DNA from: an uncultured Candidatus Binatia bacterium
GTDB lineage: Bacteria; Desulfobacterota; Binatia; UBA9968; JAJDTQ01
Direction of reading: 5' to 3'
Length of the DNA: 64,000 bases
Assembly: GCA_965242525.1 (NCBI GenBank)
Contig: OZ251459.1
Coordinates: 736,001 to 800,000, forward strand
Position numbers and translations under genes: made by a program. Shown piece after piece: positions 1 through 9,315 of this stretch. Position 1 is the stretch's first letter, and each line of letters begins with the position of its first letter. The notes under the pieces were generated by a model. It was given only the letters and a program-made list of their open reading frames with translations. It was not told where the DNA came from and did no database searches.

Positions 1-202
1 GGAGGACGTGCGCGAGCTCGTGTCCGCGCTGCTCGAAGACCAAGGGCCGGTGCGCCCCGCGGCCCCGGACACGGCGGCCCCGCCGGAGCAGCCCCCGCAA
101 CGACCCTGGCCTTACTGGGCCGCGGCGGCCGTCCTCCTCCTGGCCGCGGCGCTGGCGGCGGTCCGGCTGAGACGCCGCGGAGTCCGCGGGATCCCGGGCT
201 GA
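1..202 (+). CDS. 3' end of a gene running in from the left edge; C-terminal Pro-rich linker and transmembrane anchor
   Basis: ORF track ends ...PWPYWAAAAVLLLAAALAAVRLRRR; the start lies outside the window or is uncertain. Confidence 0.5.
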   Translation, partial: EDVRELVSALLEDQGPVRPAAPDTAAPPEQPPQRPWPYWAAAAVLLLAAALAAVRLRRRGVRGIPG

Positions 203-234
203 CGCCCCCGGCCTGACCGCCGCCGAGACGGAAA

Positions 235-1041
235 GTGTTGTCGTTCCCCCACATGGACCCCGTCGCCTTCAGCATCGGGCCGCTGGCGGTGCGATGGTAC
301 GGACTGATGTACCTGTTCGGGTTCGTGGGCGGGTACTTCGTGGCCCGCTGGGTGGCGCGCAAGCGGGGCCTGCCCATCGGGGGCGATGTCCTGCTGGAGC
401 TGGTCAGCTACCTGGCGCTGGGCGTGGTCCTGGGCGGCCGGCTGGGGTACGCGCTGTTCTACAACCTGTCGTTCTACCTGGCCTACCCGCTGGAGATCCT
501 CGCCTTCTGGCAGGGGGGCATGTCGTTCCACGGTGGCTTGCTGGGGGCGGCGGCCGCGGGCTGGTGGTACGTGCGCAAGCGGGGGTTGTCGTTCTACGGG
601 GTCGCCGACTGCATCTCTGCCGCGGCGCCCATCGGCCTGGGCCTGGGCCGGTTGGGCAACTTCATCAACGGCGAACTGTACGGACGCCCCACGGACCTGC
701 CCTGGGGCATGGTCTTCCCGCAAGGCGGCCCGGCGCCGCGCCACCCCTCCCAGCTCTACGAGGCCGGGCTGGAAGGCGGGCTGCTGCTGGTGGTGCTGCT
801 GTGGGTCGCGCTGCGGGTGCGCCGGGACGGTTTCGTTACCTGGGCGTTGGTGGGCGGCTACGGCGTGGTCCGGTTCCTGGTGGAGTTCGTCCGTGAGCCG
901 GACGCCCACCTGGGGTTGGCGTGGGGGTTGTCCAGGGGGCAGTACCTCAGCATGGTGATGGTGGCCGCCGCGGCCGTGTTCTTCTGGCGCCACTGGCGGC
1001 AGGCCCCGGGCGCGGCCCGCCCGAGGCGCGGGTCCGCATGA
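235..1041 (+). CDS. lgt: prolipoprotein diacylglyceryl transferase
   Basis: Motifs RWYGLMY, GGRLGY, GGMSFHGG, GRLGNFINGELYGR, HPSQLYE. Confidence 0.97.
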   Translation: MLSFPHMDPVAFSIGPLAVRWYGLMYLFGFVGGYFVARWVARKRGLPIGGDVLLELVSYLALGVVLGGRLGYALFYNLSFYLAYPLEILAFWQGGMSFHGGLLGAAAAGWWYVRKRGLSFYGVADCISAAAPIGLGLGRLGNFINGELYGRPTDLPWGMVFPQGGPAPRHPSQLYEAGLEGGLLLVVLLWVALRVRRDGFVTWALVGGYGVVRFLVEFVREPDAHLGLAWGLSRGQYLSMVMVAAAAVFFWRHWRQAPGAARPRRGSA

Positions 1042-1045
1042 GGGA

Positions 1046-1291
1046 TCACTCGTCTATCTCGCCGAAGTAGTCCCTCAGTATCCGCTCCTTTACGTATTCG
1101 AGGGCGCCGAGGTCGTGGAGGATGTCGCCGCCGGTGTCGTAGAAGAAGATGTCACCGTTCTTGTTCCGTCCCACCGCCATCAGCCATTCGAGCTCGTCCC
1201 GGTCTTCGAGCAGGTAGTTGATGGTCTGGCTGGCGCCGTTGCTGTCGATGATGGTGACCTTCGGTGTCAACCTTTTCTTCGGCTGGTTCAT
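1046..1291 (-). CDS. small hypothetical protein (~81 aa)
   Basis: Protein-like composition; ATG at 1291 preceded by GGAGGAAG. Confidence 0.65.
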   Translation of the reverse strand: MNQPKKRLTPKVTIIDSNGASQTINYLLEDRDELEWLMAVGRNKNGDIFFYDTGGDILHDLGALEYVKERILRDYFGEIDE

Positions 1292-1509
1292 TTCTTCCTC
1301 CCGCTCGCCATCCGACACCATACACCAGTCGGAGCCGTTAGCTCAACCCTTGGGAGGCTGCGGAGGGGATTTTCCGGCCGGGGATCATTTCAAGTGGATA
1401 GGTAGAAAGAACGGATAACCTGTTGACATATTTTGATATTCAGGATAGTTCACCTGCTTTGTGAAGGTAGGAGCAGGGTTCCCTTTCCCGTTTCGCCTTC
1501 TCCAATGGC

Positions 1510-1893
1510 ATGGATCACGACCCGCGCTTCCTCAAGGGCATCGACGAGTTCAACCGGGGCCTCTTCTACGAGTGCCACGAGACCCTGGAGGAGATCTGGC
1601 TCGAGGACCGCGGTCCCGAACGCGAGTTCTACCAGGGCCTCATCCAGGTGGCCGCGGGCTACTTCAAGTGGCAACAGGAGGTCCCGCGGGGCGCGGTCAA
1701 GCTGTTGCGCGCGGGCGTACGGAGGCTCGATCCCTATCGGCCCGTCTGCCTGGGCGTCCGCGTGGCCGAGTTCCTGGCCGCGGTGGAAGTCGATCTGGCG
1801 GTGGTGGAAGCTGCCCGGGACCGGGGCGGCCCAGTGCCGGAACCGCGCGCGCCGCGGCTCTCGCTGGAGGGCGCCGGCGCCGCCGGCGAATAG
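1510..1893 (+). CDS. DUF309 family protein
   Basis: FNRGLFYECHETLEEIW...QGLIQVAAG signature. Confidence 0.85.
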   Translation: MDHDPRFLKGIDEFNRGLFYECHETLEEIWLEDRGPEREFYQGLIQVAAGYFKWQQEVPRGAVKLLRAGVRRLDPYRPVCLGVRVAEFLAAVEVDLAVVEAARDRGGPVPEPRAPRLSLEGAGAAGE

Positions 1894-1931
1894 ACCCCGA
1901 TACCGGCAGACCCCGATACCGGCGCCGCGAC

Positions 1932-2795
1932 ATGTCCCTGCCTCCCCAGATCATCGCCCTGGGCGCATCCCTCTGCTACTCCTTCGTGCTGGTGACGTCG
2001 CGCCGGGGCATGCAGTACTCGACGCCCAAGACGGTGACGCTGGTGTCCCTGGGCGTCCACACGGTGAGCCTCTGGACCGCGGTCTTCTTGACCGGCGGGA
2101 TCCCCCGGGTCGATGCCGCGGCCGTCCATGTCTTCGTCGTCGCCGGCATGCTCCAGCCCATCATCCGCCTGTTCACCTACACCGGGGTGCAGAGGGTCGG
2201 GGCCGCGCGCAGCGGTCCCATACGCTCCACCCATCCCATGTTCGGCGTGTTCGTGGCCATGACGGTGCTGGACGAGGTCGCCACCGTAGCGGCCCTTGCG
2301 GGAGTCCTCTCGGTGGTGTGCGGCATCGTCCTCATCACCTGGAAACCGGCCTCCGAGGTGCGGTCGTTCCACTGGTGGGAGTTCCTGTTCCCCCTCACCG
2401 CGGCGCTCCTGGCGGGCATCGTCCACCCCATGCGCCGCTACGCCCTCTCCATCTCCCACGAGCCGCTGTTCTTCGCCGCGCTGGTGGGCGTCGTCTCCCT
2501 CGTCTGCTTCCTCTGCTACACGCCGTTCGGCCGGGAGCCGCTGGTCTGGCATCGGCGCGCCATGCTGCCGTTCGTGGCGGCCGGAGTATTCGAGACCTGC
2601 GGCATCCTGCTGGTGATCGTCGCCCTGGGCATCGGGAGCGTGGTCACGGTGTCGCCGCTGGTGGGCGTCAGCCCGTTGTGGGTGCTGTTGGGCACGGTGG
2701 TCTTCCTGCGGGACCTGGAGCAGGTCCAGATCCGGACCGTCGCCGGAGCGGTCTGCGTCGTGGCCGGCACCGCGGCCATCTCGTTCGGCGGATGA
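1932..2795 (+). CDS. DMT/EamA family transporter
   Basis: ~10 hydrophobic helices in two EamA-like repeats; start set at ATG 1932 (MSLPPQ). Confidence 0.85.
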   Translation: MSLPPQIIALGASLCYSFVLVTSRRGMQYSTPKTVTLVSLGVHTVSLWTAVFLTGGIPRVDAAAVHVFVVAGMLQPIIRLFTYTGVQRVGAARSGPIRSTHPMFGVFVAMTVLDEVATVAALAGVLSVVCGIVLITWKPASEVRSFHWWEFLFPLTAALLAGIVHPMRRYALSISHEPLFFAALVGVVSLVCFLCYTPFGREPLVWHRRAMLPFVAAGVFETCGILLVIVALGIGSVVTVSPLVGVSPLWVLLGTVVFLRDLEQVQIRTVAGAVCVVAGTAAISFGG

Positions 2796-2939
2796 GGCGG
2801 CGGGCAGGGCCGTTGGGTGTGGACCGCCCGGGCCGCGGGACGTTGCCGGCACGGATGCGGCAAGATGCCCGCGCTCCCGCGGTGCGCTCCCGGGAGTGCG
2901 TGGGGCCGCGGGACCTTGCCGGCGAAGGCTCCCTGACGG

Positions 2940-4250
2940 CTACGAAGTCGGCCAGGGAGCGCGAGAGGACGCCGTCCGGGCCAGCCGGGTCCTGCCGAGC
3001 AGCAGGTAGAGGTAGGCCGCGACCAAGTACAGGAATGCGACGCCCAGGAGTGCGGGCCGGTAGCTTTGGGTCCGGTCGTAGATGACCCCCGCGAGGAAGG
3101 GGCCGATCAGGCCGCCCCATTGGTAGAAGAAGCCCATGGCCCCGCGCACCGTGGCGAAGCGCCGGCGTCCGTAGAGGTCCCCGACCATGGCCCAGGTGAC
3201 GGGAAACACCGCTTCCACCACCGAGAACAGGGGAAGGAAGAGCCACAGCAACAGCGGGTTGCGCGCGTACGCGAGCAGCAGGAGGCCGGCGGTGGCCACC
3301 AGCATGCAGACCGCCATGAGCCGGGGCTTGTCGAGCCGGTCGGCCATCCAGCCCACGGTCAGGTGCGTGGGGAGCGACAGGGCCGCGAACGCCCCGAGGT
3401 AGTAGCTGGCGGACAGCTCGTCGATGCCTTTCCAGTCGAAGATCGGCACGAATTGCGCGATGACGGTGCTGAGGCCCAACACCCGGAACAGGGTGGAGAG
3501 CACCAGGAGCCAGAAGGGAGCGCCGCGGAGGGCTTCCCGGACGCCGACGTCGGCTTCGGGGGCCGCCGCGGCCCCGCCGGTGGGAGCCTGGCCGGGCCGG
3601 TGGAGGCGCGAGGGGCCGGCTCCGTCGGGGGCCAGGCCCATGTCCTCGGGGGAGCGCCGGACAAGCGCGGCCAGCGGCGTCCCCAGCACGAGGAAGACGG
3701 CGCCCGCGAACACCACCCCCCAGCGCCAGCCGTAGTAGTGCACCACGTGTGCGAGGAGCGGCGCCAGCAACGCGCCGCCGATCCCGATGGAGCAGCTCAC
3801 CAGCGACATGGCCCTGGCGCGCCAACGGTAGAACCAGCTATTGGCCAGCGCCATGGGGCAGTGCATGAAACCGGCGCCGAAGGCCAGCGAGACCACCCCC
3901 AGGTAGATGAGCAACAGGGTAAGGTAGGACTCGACCCAGTAGAGCAGCACGTAGCCCATGCCGGTGAGCAGGACCGCGGCCATCATGATGGGGCGGGGTC
4001 CCAGGCGGTCGATCAGGTATCCCGCCAGCGGTCCTTCGAGGGCTCCCTCGGCCCGGGCCAGGCCGAACACCAGGCCGGCGGCCCCGCGGCTGAGGCCCAG
4101 GTCCTTGCTCAGCGGCAGGACGAAGACGGTGAAGCCGTAGAAGTGGAAGCCGCCGCCGAGGAACCGGAAGAGGCAACCCACCAGCACCATCCGCCAACCG
4201 TAGAACGAGAGGTGGTTCCGGCAGTCCCGGACGAGCTTGCTCAAGCGCAT
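2940..4250 (-). CDS. MFS transporter
   Basis: ~12 TM helices, GYLIDRLGPR MFS motif A. Confidence 0.9.
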   Translation of the reverse strand: MRLSKLVRDCRNHLSFYGWRMVLVGCLFRFLGGGFHFYGFTVFVLPLSKDLGLSRGAAGLVFGLARAEGALEGPLAGYLIDRLGPRPIMMAAVLLTGMGYVLLYWVESYLTLLLIYLGVVSLAFGAGFMHCPMALANSWFYRWRARAMSLVSCSIGIGGALLAPLLAHVVHYYGWRWGVVFAGAVFLVLGTPLAALVRRSPEDMGLAPDGAGPSRLHRPGQAPTGGAAAAPEADVGVREALRGAPFWLLVLSTLFRVLGLSTVIAQFVPIFDWKGIDELSASYYLGAFAALSLPTHLTVGWMADRLDKPRLMAVCMLVATAGLLLLAYARNPLLLWLFLPLFSVVEAVFPVTWAMVGDLYGRRRFATVRGAMGFFYQWGGLIGPFLAGVIYDRTQSYRPALLGVAFLYLVAAYLYLLLGRTRLARTASSRAPWPTS

Positions 4251-4380
4251 GGGACGCCTTGCACGGTTCTCCTCGTCCCTCGAAGCGAGAGGGTCGGGGC
4301 GAGGGGGAAGGCGGGGCGGAGGGAACGGGCGGTCTGTGACGGACGAACCGTTGGCGCTGCCGCCGTGGCGCGGCCCCGGG

Positions 4381-4836
4381 TCAGGGCTTGCCTCCCGTCA
4401 GGTTGCCGCTGATCATCATGCCGATGAGGTCGGTGATGTCCGGTGGCGACTCGGTCTCGCGTATCCTGCCGCCGGACGGAATGGTCCGGTCGGACGCCCC
4501 CGGGGAGAGGGCCACGTACTTGTCGCCGATGAGCCCCCTGGACCGGACCGAGGCGATGACGTCTTCCTGGAGGGTCACGCCCGGGTCGATGCGGAGGGTC
4601 AGGCGGGCGCGGTCGTCCACCAGCCTCATGGAGTCCACGCGGCCCACGTTGACGCCGGCGATCTCCACCGAGTCCCCCCGGCGGAGGCCGGCCACGCTGG
4701 AGAAGTCGGCATGGACCACGTATCCCGAATGGCCGAAGGCCTCGAGCTTGCCTAGGCGGACGGCCAGGTAGCCCAGGCAGAGGATGCCCGCGATCACGAA
4801 CAGGCCCACGACGATTTCCGTGACTCTGTGGTTCAT
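4381..4836 (-). CDS. mlaD: MlaD/MCE-domain lipid asymmetry protein
   Basis: N-terminal TM, GL..GD.VEIAGV.VG.V and GLIGDKYV motifs; operon with mlaF/mlaE. Confidence 0.92.
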   Translation of the reverse strand: MNHRVTEIVVGLFVIAGILCLGYLAVRLGKLEAFGHSGYVVHADFSSVAGLRRGDSVEIAGVNVGRVDSMRLVDDRARLTLRIDPGVTLQEDVIASVRSRGLIGDKYVALSPGASDRTIPSGGRIRETESPPDITDLIGMMISGNLTGGKP

Positions 4837-5579
4837 ACCGCGCCCGCGGCTTCCGGGGCGTCGCTGTCGAGAAAACGCCGCACCGCCGGGTTCGGCGACG
4901 CCAGGAACTCGGCGGTGGGACCGCTGTCGGCGATCACCCCGTCGGCCAGCATAGCCACGCGGTGGGATATTGTAAAGACTTCGGGGATGTCGTGGCTCAC
5001 GATGACGCCGGTGAAGCCGAGACGCGCCTGCATGGCGGCGATGAGGTCATGGATGCTCCGGCCCAGCAGCGGGTCGAGGCCGGTGGTGGGCTCGTCGAAC
5101 AGCACGATCTGCGGGTCCGTGACCAGGGCGCGCGCGAACCCGGCCCGCTTCTTCATGCCCCCGCTCACCTCCGCGGGGTACTTGTAACCCATGTCCTTGA
5201 GGCCCACCTGCTCGAGCCGCTCCCGCACCTTGCCGGCCACCGCGTCCTCTCCCAGGCGCGTCCTCTCCCGCAGCGGGAAAGCGACGTTGTCGAAGATCGT
5301 CATGGAGTCCAGCAGGGCCGCGCCCTGGAACAGGAAGCCGAACTTCCGCCGGGCCTCGTTCAGTGACCGCTGGCCCAGCCGGGTGATGTCCGCGCCATCC
5401 ACCAGCACGCGGCCCCGGTCGGGGAGCAGCAGGGCGATCATGGTCTTCAACAGCACGGTCTTGCCCGAGCCGCTGCCGCCGATGATGGTGGTGATGCGCC
5501 CGTTCTCGATGGTCAGGTCAGCGCCCCTGAGGACCTCCTGGCGGCCGAAGCTCTTGTGGACGTCGATGACCTGGATCAT
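4833..5579 (-). CDS. mlaF: Mla ABC transporter ATP-binding subunit
   Basis: Walker A GGSGSGKT, signature SGGMKKR, FDEPTTGLDP. Confidence 0.9.
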   Translation of the reverse strand: MIQVIDVHKSFGRQEVLRGADLTIENGRITTIIGGSGSGKTVLLKTMIALLLPDRGRVLVDGADITRLGQRSLNEARRKFGFLFQGAALLDSMTIFDNVAFPLRERTRLGEDAVAGKVRERLEQVGLKDMGYKYPAEVSGGMKKRAGFARALVTDPQIVLFDEPTTGLDPLLGRSIHDLIAAMQARLGFTGVIVSHDIPEVFTISHRVAMLADGVIADSGPTAEFLASPNPAVRRFLDSDAPEAAGAV

Positions 5580-5603
5580 GGGGCTCCGCGTCTGCGTCCG
5601 GCG

Positions 5604-6374
5604 CTACAGCAGCACCGAGGTCAGGAAATAGTCCGAGGCGAGGATCAGGACGAACGAGAGCACCACCGCTTCGGTGGTGGCCCGGCCCACGCCGGTGGCC
5701 ATGGGGAGCGCGTGGAACCCTTTGTAGCAGCACACCCAGGTAATGACGAGTCCGAAGGTCGCCGACTTGACGAGGCCTTCGCCCACGTCCCGAAGCTGCA
5801 CGCTCTGCTCCATGCCGGCCACGTAGCTGCCCGAACCCAGGTCCAGCAGGATCACGCCGGTGAGGTAGGCGCCGCAGATGCCGATGACGTTGAACATGCT
5901 GGTGAGCAGCGGCATGGCGATGACGCCTGCCACGATGCGGGGCGAGACCAGGTATTTGACCGGGTTGACGGCCATGGAGTGCATGGCGTCGATCTGCTCG
6001 GTGACCCGCATGGAGGCCAGCTCCGCGGCCATGGCGGAGCCGGTCCTGCCGGTGACCATGAAGGCCGAGAGCACCGGGCCGAGCTCCCGCAGCAGGCTCA
6101 GGGCCACCACCGCGCCGAGGAAGCTCTCGGCGTTGAACTTGCGCAGGCTGTAGTAGCCCTGGAGCCCCAGCACCATGCCGGTGAAGAGGCCGGAGAGGAG
6201 CACCACCACCAGCGAATCCACCCCGATGGCGCGGATCTGTCGTATGACGAGACCGAGCTTGGCGGGCGGACGCACGGCCCAGGTCAAGGCGGAGCCGAGG
6301 AAGATCACGCCCGCGCCCACGCCGCCCGCGAACCCGAGCGTCCGCGCGCCGATCCTTGCCAGGAAAGCGATCAT
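5604..6374 (-). CDS. mlaE: Mla ABC transporter permease
   Basis: RELGPVL, GRTGSAMAAELASMRVTEQIDA, GVGRATT; start set at ATG 6374. Confidence 0.92.
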   Translation of the reverse strand: MIAFLARIGARTLGFAGGVGAGVIFLGSALTWAVRPPAKLGLVIRQIRAIGVDSLVVVLLSGLFTGMVLGLQGYYSLRKFNAESFLGAVVALSLLRELGPVLSAFMVTGRTGSAMAAELASMRVTEQIDAMHSMAVNPVKYLVSPRIVAGVIAMPLLTSMFNVIGICGAYLTGVILLDLGSGSYVAGMEQSVQLRDVGEGLVKSATFGLVITWVCCYKGFHALPMATGVGRATTEAVVLSFVLILASDYFLTSVLL

Positions 6375-6435
6375 GGGAAACCCCGAACGATCAGGCGCTT
6401 CCGGAATTCGTGTGGGTTGCGACACACCCCATCCC

Positions 6436-6461
6436 GTCATCCCCGCGAAAGCGGGAATCCA
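6436..6461. repeat. palindromic REP-like element GTCATCCCCGCGAAAGCGGGAATCCA
   Basis: Same unit recurs as an inverted pair at 37890-37915 and 37960-37985. Confidence 0.75.
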
Positions 6462-6532
6462 GACCCTGCGAGCAAACCCTACGGGCACCCTATATGAGAG
6501 GTTTGTACAACGAGAGCGAGGAAACCGGATCT

Positions 6533-6609
6533 CCGTTCGTCCTGAGCGTAGCGAAGCGAAGTCGAAGGACGCCCGGATTCCCCGCTTGTCCCGATTGTTC
6601 AGGGTTTCC
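6533..6609 (-). repeat. REP-like unit (GCGTCCTTCGACTTCGCTTCGCTACGCTCAGGACGAACGG family) plus MITE-like end ATTGTTCAGGGTTTCC
   Basis: Near-identical copies at about ten intergenic sites in the window. Confidence 0.8.
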
Positions 6610-6795
6610 TATAGTAAAGTCGGGGTTCGGACAAGTAGATCGGGGTTCGGACGAGGTTCGTCAGGGTTCCCGGGTTCCTGGCGCGGAAGGCTGCGCCATC
6701 GGTTAGCCCCGGTTCGCCCTGACGACACCGGGACGCCGACGGCCAGATCGCGCAGGGGCCTCCCGGGACCGGGCTTCGAGACCAGGTGCAGTGTT

Positions 6796-7521
6796 GTGGG
6801 AGAGACCATCGACAGGGTGTTCGGCGGCCGCGTGACCGTGGTCCAGCGGCGCCGCGGCTATCGGTTCTCGCTGGACTCGCTCCTGCTGGCGCGTTTCGTG
6901 GAGGTCCGGGGAGGCGAGCGAATCGTCGATCTCGGGGCCGGAAACGGCGTGGTGGCGCTGTCCCTGGCCGCCTGGAACGACTCGGTGGAAGTGGTGGGCG
7001 TGGAGTTGCAGGAGGACATGGCCGCCCGCATGCTGCGGAGCGCGGCCCTGAACGGCTTGGAGGAGCGGGTCCGGGTGGTGGCTTGCGACGTGCGCCGGGT
7101 GGAGCGGCGCCTCGCGTCCGGGAGCTTCGACGCCGCGGTGTGCAATCCTCCCTACCGGCCGCGCCGGAGCGGCCGGGTCAGCCCCGACCCGGAGCGCTTG
7201 CTGGCCCGACACGAAGTGGAGGGAGGGCTCGCCGATTTCGTCCGCGCCGGGGCCTTCCTGCTCCGGCGCCGGGGCCGGATGTGCCTGGTATATCCGTCGG
7301 AAAGGGCGGTGGAGTTGTTCTCGGTCATGCGCGGGCACGGGCTGGAGCCCAGGCGCGCCCGCTTCGTCCATTCGTTCGCCGGGACCCATGCGACCCTGGT
7401 GCTGGCCGAGGGCGTCAAGGGAGCCCGTGCGGCCCTGACGGTGTTGCCGCCGTTGGTCATCTACCGGAGCGAGGACCGTTACACGGACGAGACGGCCGAG
7501 CTGCTGCAAGCCGAGCCGTAG
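6796..7521 (+). CDS. SAM-dependent methyltransferase, tRNA1(Val) m6A37 (YfiC/TrmN6)-like
   Basis: GYRFSLDSLLL, DLGAGNG motif I, NPPY motif IV, ARHE; start GTG 6796 inferred. Confidence 0.8.
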   Translation: MGETIDRVFGGRVTVVQRRRGYRFSLDSLLLARFVEVRGGERIVDLGAGNGVVALSLAAWNDSVEVVGVELQEDMAARMLRSAALNGLEERVRVVACDVRRVERRLASGSFDAAVCNPPYRPRRSGRVSPDPERLLARHEVEGGLADFVRAGAFLLRRRGRMCLVYPSERAVELFSVMRGHGLEPRRARFVHSFAGTHATLVLAEGVKGARAALTVLPPLVIYRSEDRYTDETAELLQAEP

Positions 7522-7590
7522 CGGTGGCGCGCTCCGCCCGGCTCATCCGTTGCAGAAGCGTCCGAACGATACCGGCTCTCCCTTGGGAAA

Positions 7591-7654
7591 GCGCGCCCTT
7601 CGACTTCGCTTCGCTACGCTCGGGACGAACGGGGATGGTTGTTCAGGGTTTCCC
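7591..7654 (+). repeat. REP/MITE-like repeat between convergent genes
   Basis: CCTTCGACTTCGCTTCGCTACGCTCGGGACGAACGG followed by TTGTTCAGGGTTTCC. Confidence 0.75.
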
Positions 7655-8677
7655 GTAGAAGCGTCGGGCGTTGGCGTAGAGGACCTTGTGCTTGCGGGTC
7701 TCGGTGATGTCCTCCCGGGCCGTCAACTCGTCGATGTCGCCGTAGAACTCGCCCTTGCGGCGCTCGTGGGGATAGTCCGAGGCAAAGAAGATCCGGTCCT
7801 CCCCCACCAGGTCCAGCACCGTGGGCAGGGTCTTCTCCTCCACTTCGCAACTGAAATAGACGTTGCCGGAGCGCACGTACTTGCTGGGCGCTTTGGTCAA
7901 GACCGGGCACCACCGCTTGCCGCGGCGTTCGTAGTTCTCGTCCATGCGGTCCATCATGTACGGGACCCAACCGGCGCCCGCCTCCAGGAAGGCGATGCGG
8001 AGGTCGGGAAAGCGCTCGAACACCCCTTCCGCCATCATGTCGGTGAACTGGATGATCTGCGACACCGGATGCTCCAGCGTGATGGTCTTGAAGAGGTTGT
8101 CAGAGTTGTCGATGCCCAGGCGTTGGCTCACGGCGCCGTGGATGGCCAGGGCGCACCCGAGCCGCTGGGCCTCCCGGTAGAGCGGGTCGTAGTCCCGGTG
8201 GCCGTAGTGCTTGCCGAAGGCGGTCACCGACGGCAGCATGGCGCCGGGCATGCCCAGTTCCGTCACCGCAACGCGAAGCTCCGTCACCGCTTCCGGCAGG
8301 TTCTGGACCGGGACCAGCGCCAGCGCCCGCAGGCGTTCGCTGGCCAGCATGAACTTCCGGTGCACCCACCGGTTGTAGGCTCGGGCGATGGCCGCGGCAT
8401 AGTCCCGGTCCTGGATGAGGCCGCAGGCCAGGCCCACGGACGGATACAGGTAGGAGGTCTCGATGCCGCAACGGTCGAGGAAGGCCATCCATCTTGCGGC
8501 GTCCGGGTCGTCGTCCTCGGTGAGCCGCGAGAAGCCCCGGACGAAGCCGTCCACGGTGGGGAACATGGAGTGGGTGGTCCAGGGCAAACGGTCGTAGGGA
8601 GCCGTCAGATGCTCCCGGATCTCCATGGGATGCTCCAGCACGTGGCCGTCCCCATCGATTGCGCGGTATTTCGTCAC
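7643..8677 (-). CDS. amidohydrolase family protein (Amidohydro_2)
   Basis: IDGDGH, AYNRW, FLEAG.GW, FASDYPH. Confidence 0.9.
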   Translation of the reverse strand: MTKYRAIDGDGHVLEHPMEIREHLTAPYDRLPWTTHSMFPTVDGFVRGFSRLTEDDDPDAARWMAFLDRCGIETSYLYPSVGLACGLIQDRDYAAAIARAYNRWVHRKFMLASERLRALALVPVQNLPEAVTELRVAVTELGMPGAMLPSVTAFGKHYGHRDYDPLYREAQRLGCALAIHGAVSQRLGIDNSDNLFKTITLEHPVSQIIQFTDMMAEGVFERFPDLRIAFLEAGAGWVPYMMDRMDENYERRGKRWCPVLTKAPSKYVRSGNVYFSCEVEEKTLPTVLDLVGEDRIFFASDYPHERRKGEFYGDIDELTAREDITETRKHKVLYANARRFYGKP

Positions 8678-8777
8678 CTTCCGTTCCTCCTTCCTTCACG
8701 CATGAGAATCGACCTTCCTTTCCTCGCGCATGGGAATCGACCCGGCAGGACGCAGCGGCTGGTGCATCCTGCCGCGC

Positions 8778-9224
8778 CTACCGCCCCCGGCGCGGTTTCG
8801 TCAGGTGGTTCACGAACAGGCGCCGCAGCGAGTCCCGGAGTTCGGGGTTGCCCACGCGAGCCAACTCCCGCTCCGGCAGCCGTGCGGCGTCCAGCGGGGC
8901 AGGGGGAGCGTCCGGCGCCTCGGGCCGGGCCTCGGAGGGAAAGTCCCCCAACACGAAGAAGACGTTGGTGACCACCTCGCGCTCCAGCCGCCGGTTGAGC
9001 TTCTCGACCATGATGTCCTTCATGTACTGGAGTTGCTGCATCCACGTGGCCGCCCGGACCTTGACGAACAGGGTGCCGTGGCGCAGCCCCACCGGCTGGG
9101 CGTTGCGCGCCACCGCTGGCCCCACGGTCTCGTCCCACACCGTCCAGAGGGCGTAGTCGTCCAGCCTCTGCCTGAGCGGCAGCCGCTTCAACGTGCGTTC
9201 GAGAACGTCTCCGAGTCTTTCCAT
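8778..9224 (-). CDS. DciA/DUF721 family protein
   Basis: W.ETVG..VARNAQP..L..GTLFV.V...TWMQQL pattern. Confidence 0.8.
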   Translation of the reverse strand: MERLGDVLERTLKRLPLRQRLDDYALWTVWDETVGPAVARNAQPVGLRHGTLFVKVRAATWMQQLQYMKDIMVEKLNRRLEREVVTNVFFVLGDFPSEARPEAPDAPPAPLDAARLPERELARVGNPELRDSLRRLFVNHLTKPRRGR

Positions 9225-9315
9225 GTTGCGTGGGGGGTCGCGTACCTTGGATCAGCCCGGTCCTCATGTTATCAAGGACGCAGACTCCGCTCAACAAACA
9301 GGAAGAGGGTAAATC

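Noticed and set aside
1423-1490. TTGACA plus a hairpin before the DUF309 gene as an ncRNA
   Set aside because: Plausible promoter, but the -10 is weak and no RNA family is recognisable
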